From Octopus vulgaris (Eukaryota): a stretch of 64,000 nt of DNA. The translations under genes and the position numbers were made by a program. Under the pieces are notes generated by a model that made no database searches, was not told where the DNA came from, and saw only the letters and a program-made list of their open reading frames with translations. Shown piece after piece: positions 1 through 12,805 of this stretch (position 1 is the stretch's first letter; every line of letters begins with the position of its first letter). Location: assembly GCA_951406725.2 (NCBI GenBank), contig OX597826.1, positions 44,764,001-44,828,000 on the forward strand. The letters run 5' to 3'.

Positions 1-555
1 CCAGTTCAGGATCTGTAATTGGGAAGGGTTTTAAATCATCCATGAAGAAAAGGTTGAGAGACGAGCTCCATTCTTTTTCAGTTCATAGTCGGCGTTGACT
101 TTGCGTATGACTACAGAAAGTGGGATCAAGGCTATAAAAAATAACAGAGCTGAACAAGAGTCTCCTTTGAAAATACCTTTTGATTGTTACCTCGGCTAAG
201 CGCTGGTTGTTACAGAAAAGACGTCTATTCCAACTAGGAATGCTGTTCTTAATCAGTGCACAGACGTTCTCAGTTATTACACATATGTCGAGTGTATCCA
301 AAGTCCATGAATACGGCAACATGTAAGTCTTTTCAAAATCTAACCAGGCCACGCACAAGTCTTCTTAGTACCGTTTATAGTTCTTCATTACAACCTTGTC
401 AATCACAATGTGGTCCTTGGTGCTCTTGGATCCTTTTCGGCATTCCTTTTCTTCTAACGGAAGTAGATTGTTTTCCGCAAGGAACGTATATATTTTCCCT
501 GCCAGGATGCCTGTTAACACCTTCCATAGGAATTTAGCATTACTAAACACCGCAC
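1..555 (-). mobile_element. Degenerate reverse transcriptase fragment of an R4/Dong-like (restriction-like endonuclease) non-LTR retrotransposon
   Basis: Minus-strand frames read LLPLEEKECRKGSKSTKDHIVIDKVV, then VAWLDFEKTY..PYSW, and near 31-57 LNLFFMDDLK (catalytic YxDD-type motif). Frameshifted. Confidence 0.85.
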
Positions 556-653
556 TTTCGTTACAGTAAAATTAAGAACATCAAACCAAACCACAGCACA
601 TAACCGAGGCACACAGTTAGTAAAGTGAAAGCACTTGATAAAGATAAGACTAC

Positions 654-1021
<368 letters not shown>

Positions 1022-1471
1022 GTCCTGATACACAGGCGCTCATCGCTTCTGATCTTAACTGATTGGAAATCATGTTCATGTTTTGTCTTGGTATAAAAAG
1101 ATGGGCTTACAGCAAATATTGTGTTGAAGGCCACACATTTGCTTGTCAGTAGCTTGACCTTAACCAGCTGATCATGCCCCACAGTGGTTAAAAATATAAC
1201 CACGAGTAGAATTAGTAGGGGAGCATCATAATCACGTGGTTGGAGGAATTCTCTGGTGTTTGAATAATTCACCTCTGAAAACATGGTTGTTTTGTTCTTC
1301 ATCCTTAAACATGCGCGACATGGTGATATGAGATCACCATGTCGGGCACATATGGTTATAATGCATGTGGCTGGTGTACCTTTACCAGACGGTTAGTCAA
1401 GATGGGTATATTGGGCTTCGTATATTTGTACACCATTGTCACTTTGCTGGCATGCGCTCCCCCCCCCTCTC
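1022..1471 (+). mobile_element. Non-coding interspersed element associated with (AAT)n, internally deleted copy
   Basis: Collinear with the reverse complement of 56116-56665 (e.g. gcttctgatcttaactgattggaa, ttttgtcttggtataaa, gggcttcgtatattt). Confidence 0.85.
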
Positions 1472-1758
1472 AAACATAATATTAATGAATGTTTCAAGGT
1501 TAACAAAATTTGTGAAGGGGTGAGACATTACATCAAATCCAGTATTCGAGAAAGTATGGCTTGAAAATCATAACATGCCGGCGGAAAATAACATTACTAG
1601 GTGAGACAAGCTGACACTGAATTAGCTTCGCTGATTGACAGGTGACGGTCGTTTAGAGAATGCGTGGGCTAAGACTACGCGCCTTCATTGGTCAGTTAAA
1701 GTTGAGACAGTGTCACAGGACAAATTGTTGGGGCTGCATGCTGGAGGCTAGCAGCAGG

Positions 1759-1795
1759 TATTTAAAGGGAAAAAAATTGGCAAGACAGTCAGTCA
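1759..1795 (+). promoter_or_regulatory. TATA-like box plus Inr, probably a Penelope-like/retrozyme LTR promoter
   Basis: TATTTAAA at 1759; TCAGT at 1789-1793 with its A 32 nt after the TATA start; upstream ATTGG (reverse CCAAT); hammerhead motifs lie directly downstream. Confidence 0.45.
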
Positions 1796-1870
1796 CCCGC
1801 TGACACTCGTTGACGCTACATCGAAGAGGCCAGGGAATAGAAGAAAGAAGAAAGAAGACATGCATCCAAT

Positions 1871-1950
1871 ACCACACCTGAAGACACCTCCGAAAGGGGG
1901 GCCCGCCACGTCAGAGCGGTGGAGGAGTAGGGGCCGAAACCGGACGTGGT
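1871..1950 (+). ncRNA. Type I hammerhead ribozyme motif with branched stem II and mutated cleavage triplet
   Basis: accacac-CTGAAGA(1878)-[cacctccGAAAggggg hairpin]-ggccc...gggcc-GAAAC-CG-GAC-gtggt. GAC stands where GTC is expected. Confidence 0.6.
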
Positions 1951-2010
1951 TCCTCCTGATGATGTCTTGAGCTAAAGGAGCTGTTGTAGTAGCAGACCAC
2001 GAAACACGTT
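1951..2010 (+). ncRNA. Second tandem hammerhead motif, 3' side lost
   Basis: CTGATGA(1956)-tgtct...agac-cac-GAAACACGT; no stem I partner, a SINE fragment follows. Confidence 0.45.
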
Positions 2011-2736
2011 TGAAATTCCATTGGCGTCGAAAAGGATGAAAGTCAAAGTTGACCACGGCGATATTTGAGTTCAGCAAATATAGATCAAGGAGAGATCGTA
2101 ATCATTTTGTCACGTTAGCTTTAGCACAGACACATGGTGAGGAGATTATTTGATTATATTGATCACTGTACGTGACTGGTACTTTATCGACATTGATTTG
2201 TTGGCACAGGAGTATTCAAAATTAGTTTGTTTCCAGATATATTTCTTTAGAAGAAACGAAAGAAATAAACCGTTTTCTCTTTCGGAGAATTAAAGAATAA
2301 TTCGATGCTCTTTCATTTTAATTTATATATACTTTCTGGAGCTAAACACACGTAGGTTCCATTAATCCGTGCAATTTGTTCACCATGGACGGTTGCGATA
2401 TACAGTTTGCTTAGATCTCGTAATTCTAAGAAGATTCGTAACTTCATTCAAGTTGAAGACAAGCAAATATTGCAAACCGATCTGCTTCTCATGAAAGAGC
2501 ACTGTCTATTTCACTTTTGGCATGTCTGTGTCTGTTATATAGTTATTAATAAATGTTTTGTCTTTCCATCAATTTGGTGAATTATTCACATTTTCAAGTT
2601 TTTTTTCCGTACTTATTCATCTCCATCATCCTTAAATTGTGTAAATCCCTAAACCCTCTTTCTGCATTTTCCTTTAAGCACGAGTTTCTATCATATAAAA
2701 TTCCCATTTCATATTTCATCTTTGCTTCATATTTAC

Positions 2737-2787
2737 TCGACATTCTGAAGAGATAAGGAAACGTTATGATCGTTCTGTAAATGTCGA
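2737..2787 (+). ncRNA. Hammerhead-like motif lacking stem II (minizyme-like)
   Basis: tcgacatt-CTGAAGA-gataag-GAAAC-14 nt-GTA-aatgtcga, with a perfect 8-bp stem I. Confidence 0.45.
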
Positions 2788-2892
2788 TTTTTCTATACTC
2801 GACATATAATTATAAACCTACTCGTTCTACGTTGGTTATATATTGACTATTTCTTCTTGACAGTGCATAATTCAGTTTTCAAAAATAAATTT

Positions 2893-2893
<1 letters not shown>

Positions 2894-2976
<83 letters not shown>

Positions 2977-3047
2977 ATATATATATATATATATCTATGT
3001 ATCTATCTATCTATCTATCTATCTATCATCACAACCATTATGCCTGT

Positions 3048-3107
<60 letters not shown>

Positions 3108-3247
3108 ATATCTATCTATCTATCTATCTATTTATCTATATATATCTCTCTCTCTATCTATCTATATATCTACAAGCTCTTTATCTATCTATCCCTACCT
3201 ATCTATTTATATTTATTTTCTCATAACAATATCTATCTGTCTATATA

Positions 3248-3290
<43 letters not shown>

Positions 3291-3432
3291 ATATCTATCT
3301 ATCTATCTATCTATCTATCCATCTATATATCTACAAGCTCTTTATCTATCTACTTTCCTACCTATCTATTTATATTTATTTTCTCATAACAATAGTTATC
3401 TGTCTATATCTATATCTATGTATCTATCCATA
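2894..3432 (+). repeat. (TATC)n array with an internal ~161-bp duplication
   Basis: The block tacaagctctttatc...ttttctcataacaat starts at 3171 and again at 3332. Confidence 0.95.
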
Positions 3433-3631
3433 TATTAATTGAAAACTGCTTTCCTTGCACTGAATTACAATAGTAAGTGAGGAAATCTTAGAAAAGACAC
3501 AATGAAATCGTATATGAAACACTTTTATGCAGCCACTTTCATGGAAATCTGAACCACTATTAACAAGATGTTTCCCTTCTATGGAAATCTAATTACATAC
3601 ACACGCACGCATACATGAGCACAAACACAAG

Positions 3632-3664
<33 letters not shown>

Positions 3665-5536
3665 GTATGTGTGTATGTTTCTTGATTTGTGTAATAATTC
3701 GGTCATGTAACTTCAGCGAATAAGCCAAGTTGTTTGAGAAAAGGAAAAAAATTAATTGCGATATTTTTCCAGTTCTCTGCAATCGTGTTCAACTTTTGAA
3801 GACAACAGGTGCATTTGTAGCTGATCCTAAGGTGACGTATTTTTGCGATATCTCTTCCAGAGCCTTGTCACACAGTCCATATTCTATCTCCTCACACCAA
3901 ACTTTTCATAGAGGGAAATGTGACCCTTCGCATTCCGGTTAACGTATACATGTCTCTAAATATCAGGGAGCGTGGCGTCAACTGGAAATTTTTTTATCAC
4001 AACAGAGGAAAGTACCTTTTCTCAGGGCGGGATAAATGCTGAGACAAAAAAAACGTCATTTAATTGTGATAAGGTTAGGGAATACGCTGAAGGTTTTAGT
4101 CTAATACACCTTCCCGTCAAATTAAACTAGGATCTTTAATTAATTTAAGAAACAATTTTTAAGCGGTCCACAAAACTACTCTGGTATGGAGCATCATTTC
4201 CTGTAAATATGCCCTTCATTAGTTTCACAGTAAAACCCACTCTCAAAGACATCTAAAAATCTTCTGATGCTGATGAAAATAACACGTACAAACACAAACC
4301 CGCACAAAAACAAACTTCCCTCTCTCATTTTATCTCTTTCTCACTGTGTGTACTATATGTATATATATACATATATATATATATATTTGATACCATTAGA
4401 AGTTATAAACTTTCGAGAGGATGGGAAATAGTTCCTTTCTTAAACTGGATCTCAAAGCGAATAGTAGCATTGGGCGAAAAAAACGCTTCTGAACATAAAA
4501 ATTTGTAGGCTGCACATGATCCCATACCAACTGTAGACATAACAAGCGTTATTTATGGACTTTTTTCTACTCAAAACTTTTCCTTCGACCCACTATTTAC
4601 ATCTCTCAAGTGCTATCGAGATCCACTGTTTTAAAAAAAGACTTATGTATGTTTATTCTTGCATTACGGCTTTCCATATTTACGTTCTTCAATCTTTTAA
4701 GCAGCTTTGGTCATATAAAAAAAATATTTGTATAAGATTAAACTTAGGTGTCGCTAAATAATTTTTTTAACTTGATAAACATATATCAATGTTGGTGAAA
4801 ATTTCAATATATCTCTGAAGGGAATCTTAATTCGCTGATTATTTTCAAAACGTGTAAAGGGGTGGAAAAATAGCTGGTTGTATGAAAGTCATCTAAGTGA
4901 TCCCAGTGTGAAACGTTATTAACCATGCGGAATGGAGAACTATAGACAGGGAATACTGCATATTATTAAACGCTTGACAGCTATTGAAGCATGGCATATG
5001 AAACACTTTTACACTATTGGAGTTTTCGCAATCGAATTAGAAATAATCTGAAGTAGTATGTATGATTAATGATTAGGATTTTGTGAACAGGAAGCGTAAT
5101 GTGAAAATTATCGTTGTAGGTTGATTGGAGAAACGAAGTTGCAATTACAGACAAGATTATAATTATTTGAATAATAGTTTCCTCTTCAAGTATGGTTGTT
5201 ATCTACAGTTTGCAGGTTTGGAAACTTTATTTAAGAATGCAAATAGCAAAAGCAAGCAGTCAGTCTTGATTAGATGTATTTATTAGAACAGGTTAGAGAA
5301 CAATGCGAATAATTCTTCTGATTGTTCCCAGTTTGGTTATGAAGAATTATGACTCGGTCGAATTTACTCAACTTCTTTAATAATTGGTGATGGATAACAG
5401 AAGTTAGCAAACTTAGAAGGAAAAAGTGAGATATGTCGTCGTCGTCATCGTCGTCATTATCATCATCTAAGTCTCTCTTGCACTTCTAAATTTAGTAAGT
5501 ACTATCATCACTGACTAGATGAAGGTTTTCATGCAG

Positions 5537-6132
<596 letters not shown>

Positions 6133-6199
6133 GGCACGTACGTCCTCGATAGGTGTGACAGTATTGCATACCATTTTTATCATGTCCCAGTTGTTCAAA

Positions 6200-7200
6200 G
6201 CACACGTGTTAGGAGTGTAAATCTTCCTTTATACACAGGGACGATATGCAAGTCATTCAAGCCATCCTTGGACTCGACTCTCGTGTCTGCTTTACAAAAG
6301 ATTCAGGCGTGTCCTGTTGTATCCGCTTCTTCACAGCAACTTCACCTCATTTAGGGCATGAAATTATTATTGCCAAGGACTATCTTTCATTGAATGGGAC
6401 AACAAGCATTTGGAGGGTACCAGATAGAGTCTGCACGGTACATGGTAAAATTTACGGAGTGGCTGTGTGGTAAGTAGCTTGCTAACCAACCACATGGTTC
6501 CGGGTTCAGTCCCACTGCGTGGAATCTTGGGCAAGTGTCTTCTGCTATAGCCCCGGGCCACCAATGCCTTGTGAGTGGATTTGGTAGACGGAAACTGAAA
6601 GAAGCCTGTCGTATATATGTATATATATATATGTATGTGTGTATATGTTTGTGTGTCTGTGTTTGTCCCCCTAGCATTGCTTGACAACCGATGCTGGTGT
6701 GTTTACGTTCCCGTCACTTAGCGGTTCGGCAAAATAGACCGATAGAATAAGTACTGGGCTTACAAAGAATAAGTCCCGGGGTCGATTTGCTCGACTAAAG
6801 GCGGTGCTCCAGCATGGCCGCAGTCAAATGACTGAAACAAGTAAAAGAGAAAAAAGAGTAGTCCAGGTTGCACCCACTTCGATAACCAAGGCCTCCCACT
6901 ATCTTCTACAACGCATCGTGACTACAGACCACTTGTGATGCAATCCTATAAGTTGGCACTCGTTTGCCTCCACAAATTAGTTTGTCCATTCGCTGGCGAC
7001 TCGTTCATTGGGCGACGTTGAGGATCTCCCACTGCGTGGTTTGTCTGCAATGGTTTGTCTCCTCTTGTCTAAAACTCTTCTTTTATCTGTGCATACTATT
7101 CTTAATAGTGGTGTCACACAGTAGACAATATGTAGCCTTCTGTAGATACAAAACACCCTGCACCTCATCATTATCAAAGCTCAGACGAACACTTACTTTA
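6200..7200 (-). mobile_element. Decayed mariner transposase, catalytic centre deleted, split by a SINE
   Basis: 6861-7180 reads IYRRLHIVY...IADKPRSGRSST...LGYRS (HTH and linker). 6200-6455 reads FYHVPCRLYLVPSKCLLSHSMKDS, a decayed HPPYSPDLAPSD..LF..MK, followed by the C-terminus. Confidence 0.75.
6456..6860 (+). mobile_element. tRNA-derived SINE family A (internal microsatellite, gtaaaaga tail)
   Basis: A box (tggctgtgtggta) and B box (gggttcagtccc); near-identical to 33234-33640 and to 55367-55782 reversed. Confidence 0.92.
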
Positions 7201-7559
7201 CCATGCTTTATTTACAATTGAAAGACACGTTCTTGTGTGGCCGGTGGTCTTAAAAAATCTCATCACATTCTGTGCTAAACTAAATAGATCTTTTGTTTAG
7301 AATAAGGACATAGAGAGACGAAAATTTATTAAAGGTATGTTCTGTTGGAGAACAATCAAAAGCTTTATTTCTGAAAAAATGATTTAAAAACTGGTCGCTA
7401 AAATGAGTAAGGTCCCAAAAGTTTCGACATCTGTAAAACACATAAGCTTCAAAAAGGGTAAGAGCTGTTTATCTAATGAAATGCTGTACTGTTCTATTTT
7501 ATACCTTAATCAGATTATACCATCGGAACATGTATGCATACATCCATACGTACGCACGC

Positions 7560-7576
7560 ACACACGCACGCACGCA

Positions 7577-7673
<97 letters not shown>

Positions 7674-7677
7674 GTAT
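7560..7677 (+). repeat. (CA)n/(TA)n microsatellite
   Basis: Direct reading. Confidence 0.97.
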
Positions 7678-8497
7678 GGGACATAGATGCAGGTAAAGCA
7701 GCATATTGTGACAGCCGATGCAGATTTGGCGGTAACACCGAAGATATTACACACATCATAAATAATTGTCCGAAAATATCACGAAAATATCACCACGGTA
7801 TTATCTATCGATGAGGCATTATAATGATATACGTCGGAAGGATAACCCCGAGGACAAAGAAATAAGAACCCACAGTATGGGAGTAGACATAGCCACTCGT
7901 GCTAAAAAGGAGCACTGGTGGAATGTCCCAGTGAAAAACTCGATAAAATGTAAGCACAACAGACCTGATATAATGATTTAGGATAGAGAAGAGAGAATGT
8001 GCACAGTTGCACGAATTAGATGCCCGGCGGATGTTAACATAAAGCTGAAGATCAGGGGAAAGAGAATACCAACGCTGAACTATTGGGAATTCCGTTGTTA
8101 CTCTATCCAGATTACAAATTCAAATTTATACCTGTAATTGTTGGGGCACTGGGATATGTAATACACTGCCTAAATACCGATCTTAAGAGATTAGGCTTTT
8201 TAAAACCAGAAGGCGGGAAGCTGATTCGAAAACTACAGATCCTAGCCATCACTGGAACTGTAAAAACTTGTAAAACTTTCCAGAAGTTTATCACTTAAGT
8301 ATATATGAGCATGTATACATATACAAGTATATGCATGAGAAGACATACATAAACCAAACTATACAAATCTGCACGTGTACATATATACATACAGACATAC
8401 AAAAATACCCTGTGGATACTGAAATTCCAACTTAGGTGCCTTGAGTCTAGGTTAGATTCTACTGGCAAGAAATCTTGAAATATAACTGAATGATGAC
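7678..8497 (+). mobile_element. 5'-truncated R4/Dong-like LINE: CCHC knuckle, restriction-like endonuclease and 3' UTR
   Basis: CRFGGNTEDITHIINNCPK, MRH, WWN..KHNRPDIMI, CPAD, IPVIVGALG, GTVKTCKTF-stop (8298). The 3' UTR matches 35767-35878 and 61590-61915. Confidence 0.9.
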
Positions 8498-8532
8498 ATA
8501 AATGCATAAATACAAGGACGCACGCATGCATG

Positions 8533-8617
<85 letters not shown>

Positions 8618-9774
8618 TGTAAGTAAATGAGAGTCGATATTTTGTGATGTATTCTATGCGTAATATACAGTATATATTTGCGAATGTATATGACTTTTAT
8701 ACGTGTAAACGGCTAGAAAATTGTGTGTACCTATTGAACATAATGTAGATCTTTGAAATAATGTTTCTAAGATATAATAAAATATATATAGAATAAAACT
8801 GATGAATAAAATTGATAATAAAAAAGACCCAATCATTAATATGGGAACATTCATACACACACATGCGCAAACTATTCTCTTTATTCTATAAAACTATAAC
8901 ATATTCAATGAAATAGATAATAAATAGCTAAATAAAATGAAATTACAATATTAAAAGGAGGAATAACAGCGTTTATTTCTCATTTTCTGGTCTGAGCCAT
9001 TCCATTTTTGGAACAACATTTTTTTTCATTCAATTATTTCTCTCGCATTGTTCTAATATTTGTGTATGTTTTTCTTTTATCTTTTTTTTTCATACTTTCT
9101 ATTAAGCATTTTTAATCTTTATGCAGCTTTCGTTTGTTTCTGCATTAAAATTTTATTGATGATGTATTTTTTTCCAAGTATAATTGCTATTGGAATAGGC
9201 ATGTGATTCTCCCATTCCTTCTAACTCTTTATCTATAGCATTCACGGGAAGATTTCCGACATTAAAAATACGATCAGAAATGAACGCCATTTTGTAAATA
9301 TTATTTTAGCTTAATCATATGTTTTAGAATTTTAGTTAGAGTGCTACATCCATAGCCTTCCTTGATTCCGTTTATTACACATTCGCATCACCGAAGAAGG
9401 GAAAAAGCTAATGATTCCTCTCATATGCACAAGGATTCCTATTTTGTATAGAAATTATAGTCATCCGAATAAAACATCAGTAGAACGTTGGTACTTATTT
9501 TACTGATCTCAAAAAGATGAAGTGTAACATTAATATCGACACGGTTTTATTTCAACTGTTGTAATATAAAGATGATGCACAAATAATTTTGTAACATGTA
9601 GTTCTGATTCTGATAAACTGTTACTGAATTACGACAATGGCATAACCATTAATTCTTAATACATTCCGGCTGTTTCCAAAGTAAATATGCAAGCCACTGT
9701 TGTATTTCGTTATTGGAGAACGATTTTTCATTTCAAACGAAATGTTCATAACACACACGATTCATTAGCATATG

Positions 9775-9830
9775 GTGACTTTTCGACACCAGATATTTCG
9801 ATATAGTTATGTCTCCTCAGCCAAAGTCAC
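9775..9830 (-). ncRNA. Degenerate type I hammerhead ribozyme
   Basis: Minus strand: gtgactttgg-CTGAGGA-gacataactatatc-GAAA-tatctggt-GTC-gaaaagtcac. Outer 8 bp of stem I pair, the two core-proximal pairs mismatch. Confidence 0.6.
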
Positions 9831-11054
9831 TCCGGAATAATAAATCTAAGAACTGTTTGTGACTTTTCTTCACAAATTCAACAAACAAATTATTTGCTGA
9901 TACGTGCTGGTGCCTGTCAACCGATAATAAATCGCCTTGTGCACAGCGAGCAGAGCTTTACATTATTATTATTATTGTTGTTGTAGTTGTTGTTGTTGTT
10001 GTTATTATTATTATTATTATTATCATTAAATATTTGTTTCTCATATCGACAATACTAAGAGAGTTTAATAGATTAAATACGGCTTCAATCTGTTTGTGGT
10101 GTTTTATTTTATCTCCCCTAGAGAGATTAAAGATAATGCCGTCTCCAGCAAGAATTTTAATTCAGAACTTCAATAATGAAAAATATTTGAAGTGATTCTT
10201 GAAAATGTTAAATAGTTAAGGCCAAAATCGTGCATGAAATATTAATTCGGTATTATGAAATTCTCTACTTGTAAATAATTCTGATTTAATAGGTTGATAT
10301 TTACCTGTTAGATAATTACATTAGATAATTCGCCTGTATGATCTCAGTGGAATGTCTTAATTAGTGAACCACAATTCTAGTTGTGAGTCTGTCCATAGAG
10401 TGTTATTTGATATGTTTCAGACATTTGAACTGAACAAACTTTCGTTTACGACTGGTTTTGTGCGTGATTCGGTTACACTTGATACAACATATTTACATAA
10501 AATTTACTTCATGTCTAGACTTTATGTCAGTGTTGTTTGATAAATATATATATACTTCAACTTAATGACATTGTTAACGGGTATTTTTTTTTATATTTAC
10601 AACAAATACCATGTTTTTTTTCTGTTTAAATATTCGATTCGTATTCACAGCTGTTTTCTGTTTACAATTTCTGTGTCGAATTAAATGTCAGCCTACGGCA
10701 GCAGTGAGAAATAATCCTTTTATATCAAATATACTTGTCTGCATTCAACTAATCTCCTTCAGCAAATTCCCGCCTAACATAACTAGAAGTATTTATATTT
10801 TATACGAAAGAATGCAAAACCCAAAACCTTTACAAGCCCTTCAAGACAGGAGCAAGTGTTGGAAAAAGGTATCTTCGAATCGGAGATCTAGTCCGAATAA
10901 TTGTAACACGGTGCACACCGTTAAAGGTGCCTTGTCAAAATTTGATGTTATACAAGGACTTAAATGTCTGCAACTCAAGCATGTTATGACAGTACGTAGC
11001 GTCGTAATAAATACTGTTAAACATCAGGTGTGACAGTTTTCCGATTCCATCAAT

Positions 11055-11500
11055 CCACTAAATCCACTGGCCTGGATTTTTACTTTATAATAGAACTCGA
11101 TAGGCTAGGAGAAAAAGTTGACCTAGGCGGAACTTGAACACAGAGAGCGCAGTGATTCGGAGCAAATACAACGAAATTTTTATTGGACACTATAAGAATT
11201 TGACCAGTCCGCTACCGAAATATAAACTAGCAAATTGTTACTGAACCATAAACACTGAGCTGAAATTAATAATTCATTTCTCTTAGGCTGTGAACTGGCT
11301 GATTGGTTAGCACGCCGGCCGAAATGCTTGACGGCATTTCATTTGGCATTAAGTTCTGAGTTCAAATTCCGACAAGGTCGGCTGTAAATTTCATCCTTTC
11401 GGTATCGATAGTGTAAATACCAGTTGTGCACTGGGCCTGATGTGACTGACTTACTCACTCCTCCAAACTTGCAGACCTTGTGCCAAAATGTGAAAACAAT
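11055..11500. mobile_element. Two diverged family B SINEs, head-to-head (about 11055-11215 minus, 11285-11500 plus)
   Basis: ttctgagttcaaattcc...tttcatcctttcgg core on plus, and its decayed reverse complement upstream. Confidence 0.7.
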
Positions 11501-11881
11501 ATTACATTTCTTTATTTGAGAAAAAATTAATTAAAAAAAAAGCAAAAGATTCGGAGTTTCCATTTTGAAAAGCTGTGTGAATTAAACATCAATTGTAGCT
11601 AGCACTATAGAGATTTGATGATGTGCAAAGTCTGTCACTCATCTACTTGCACCAGACTTTAGGCTGCAGTCACACTGAGACAAAATAGGCCACTCCGATA
11701 ATTATTTTGCCGAACTGTTAGCTTATGAATACGTACAAAAACACACACGCTTGTTGAGCGATGGTAAAGACAAATACAAATACCATGCACATGCGTAGAC
11801 ACATATTTCTATATCTGTCTATCTAGATGTAGGATGGTTATACACATACATACATACATATATAGATATTTATGTATGAAA

Positions 11882-12200
11882 GTAAAAGTGTAAAGACCAC
11901 CTTCTGTCATGAATGGTCATGGGATTTCACTTAGAAAGTTCGCCTCAAAGAAACAAATCTCGGGAATGTTGTCTATGGTAGGCCAGCTGTCAACTATGCA
12001 TGCCAGTCTCCCTTCTCCATGACACTGATATTATCCAAGGAAAATGCACACACCGATACAGCTGGGACGTCTCTGGTGCCAAGCTGTATCGGCTTTTCCT
12101 TTCTCCCTGGATACCATCGGTATCGCGGATAGGTGAGTCTGGTATGCATGGGCGATTGCTGGTCTTCCATAAACGATTTTGCCAAGACTAGGAGAAGAAT
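11882..12200. mobile_element. Two inverted 3' halves of SINE family E forming an imperfect fold-back
   Basis: Both arms match the 3' half of 22035-22348; ccgatacagct (12053) and agctgtatcgg (12082) flank the centre. Confidence 0.8.
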
Positions 12201-12336
12201 TTTCTTGGCGAAAGTGAAAGCGCGTGGTTCGGTGTCTAGAGAGTCGGACTCACACTCATGAGGTAGTGAGTTCGTTTCTTGGACCAAGCTTTATTTTACG
12301 TTGCTCCAGTTCACAGAGATGTATGTATGTGTGTAT

Positions 12337-12523
12337 GATATATATATTTGCCCTCATTTTGTAAATTATTTATAAATTTAACCTTTAATGGTATTTTTTG
12401 ATATGCTGGCCATTGATAAAATTTTTTCCGAAAAAAATGTTATCCTACATTAGTTATATATATATATATATACATACATACATGCATACACACACCACAC
12501 ACACACACAGCACACACATACAC

Positions 12524-12573
<50 letters not shown>

Positions 12574-12728
12574 ATATATATTTGCCCTCATTTTGTAAAT
12601 TATATATAAATTTAACCTTTAAAGGTATTTTTTGATATGCTGGCCATTGATAAAATTGTTTCCCGAAAATAATTTTATCCTACATTAGTTATATATATAT
12701 ATATATACATACATACATGCATACACAC

Positions 12729-12800
<72 letters not shown>
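12337..12800 (+). repeat. Tandem duplication, period ~234 bp
   Basis: gatatatatatttgccctcattttgtaaatt...atcctacattagtt starts at 12337 and 12571. Confidence 0.95.

Positions 12801-12805
<5 letters not shown>

Noticed and set aside
10611-11033. 140-aa non-repetitive ORF
   Set aside because: No recognisable domain and no convincing splice signals.
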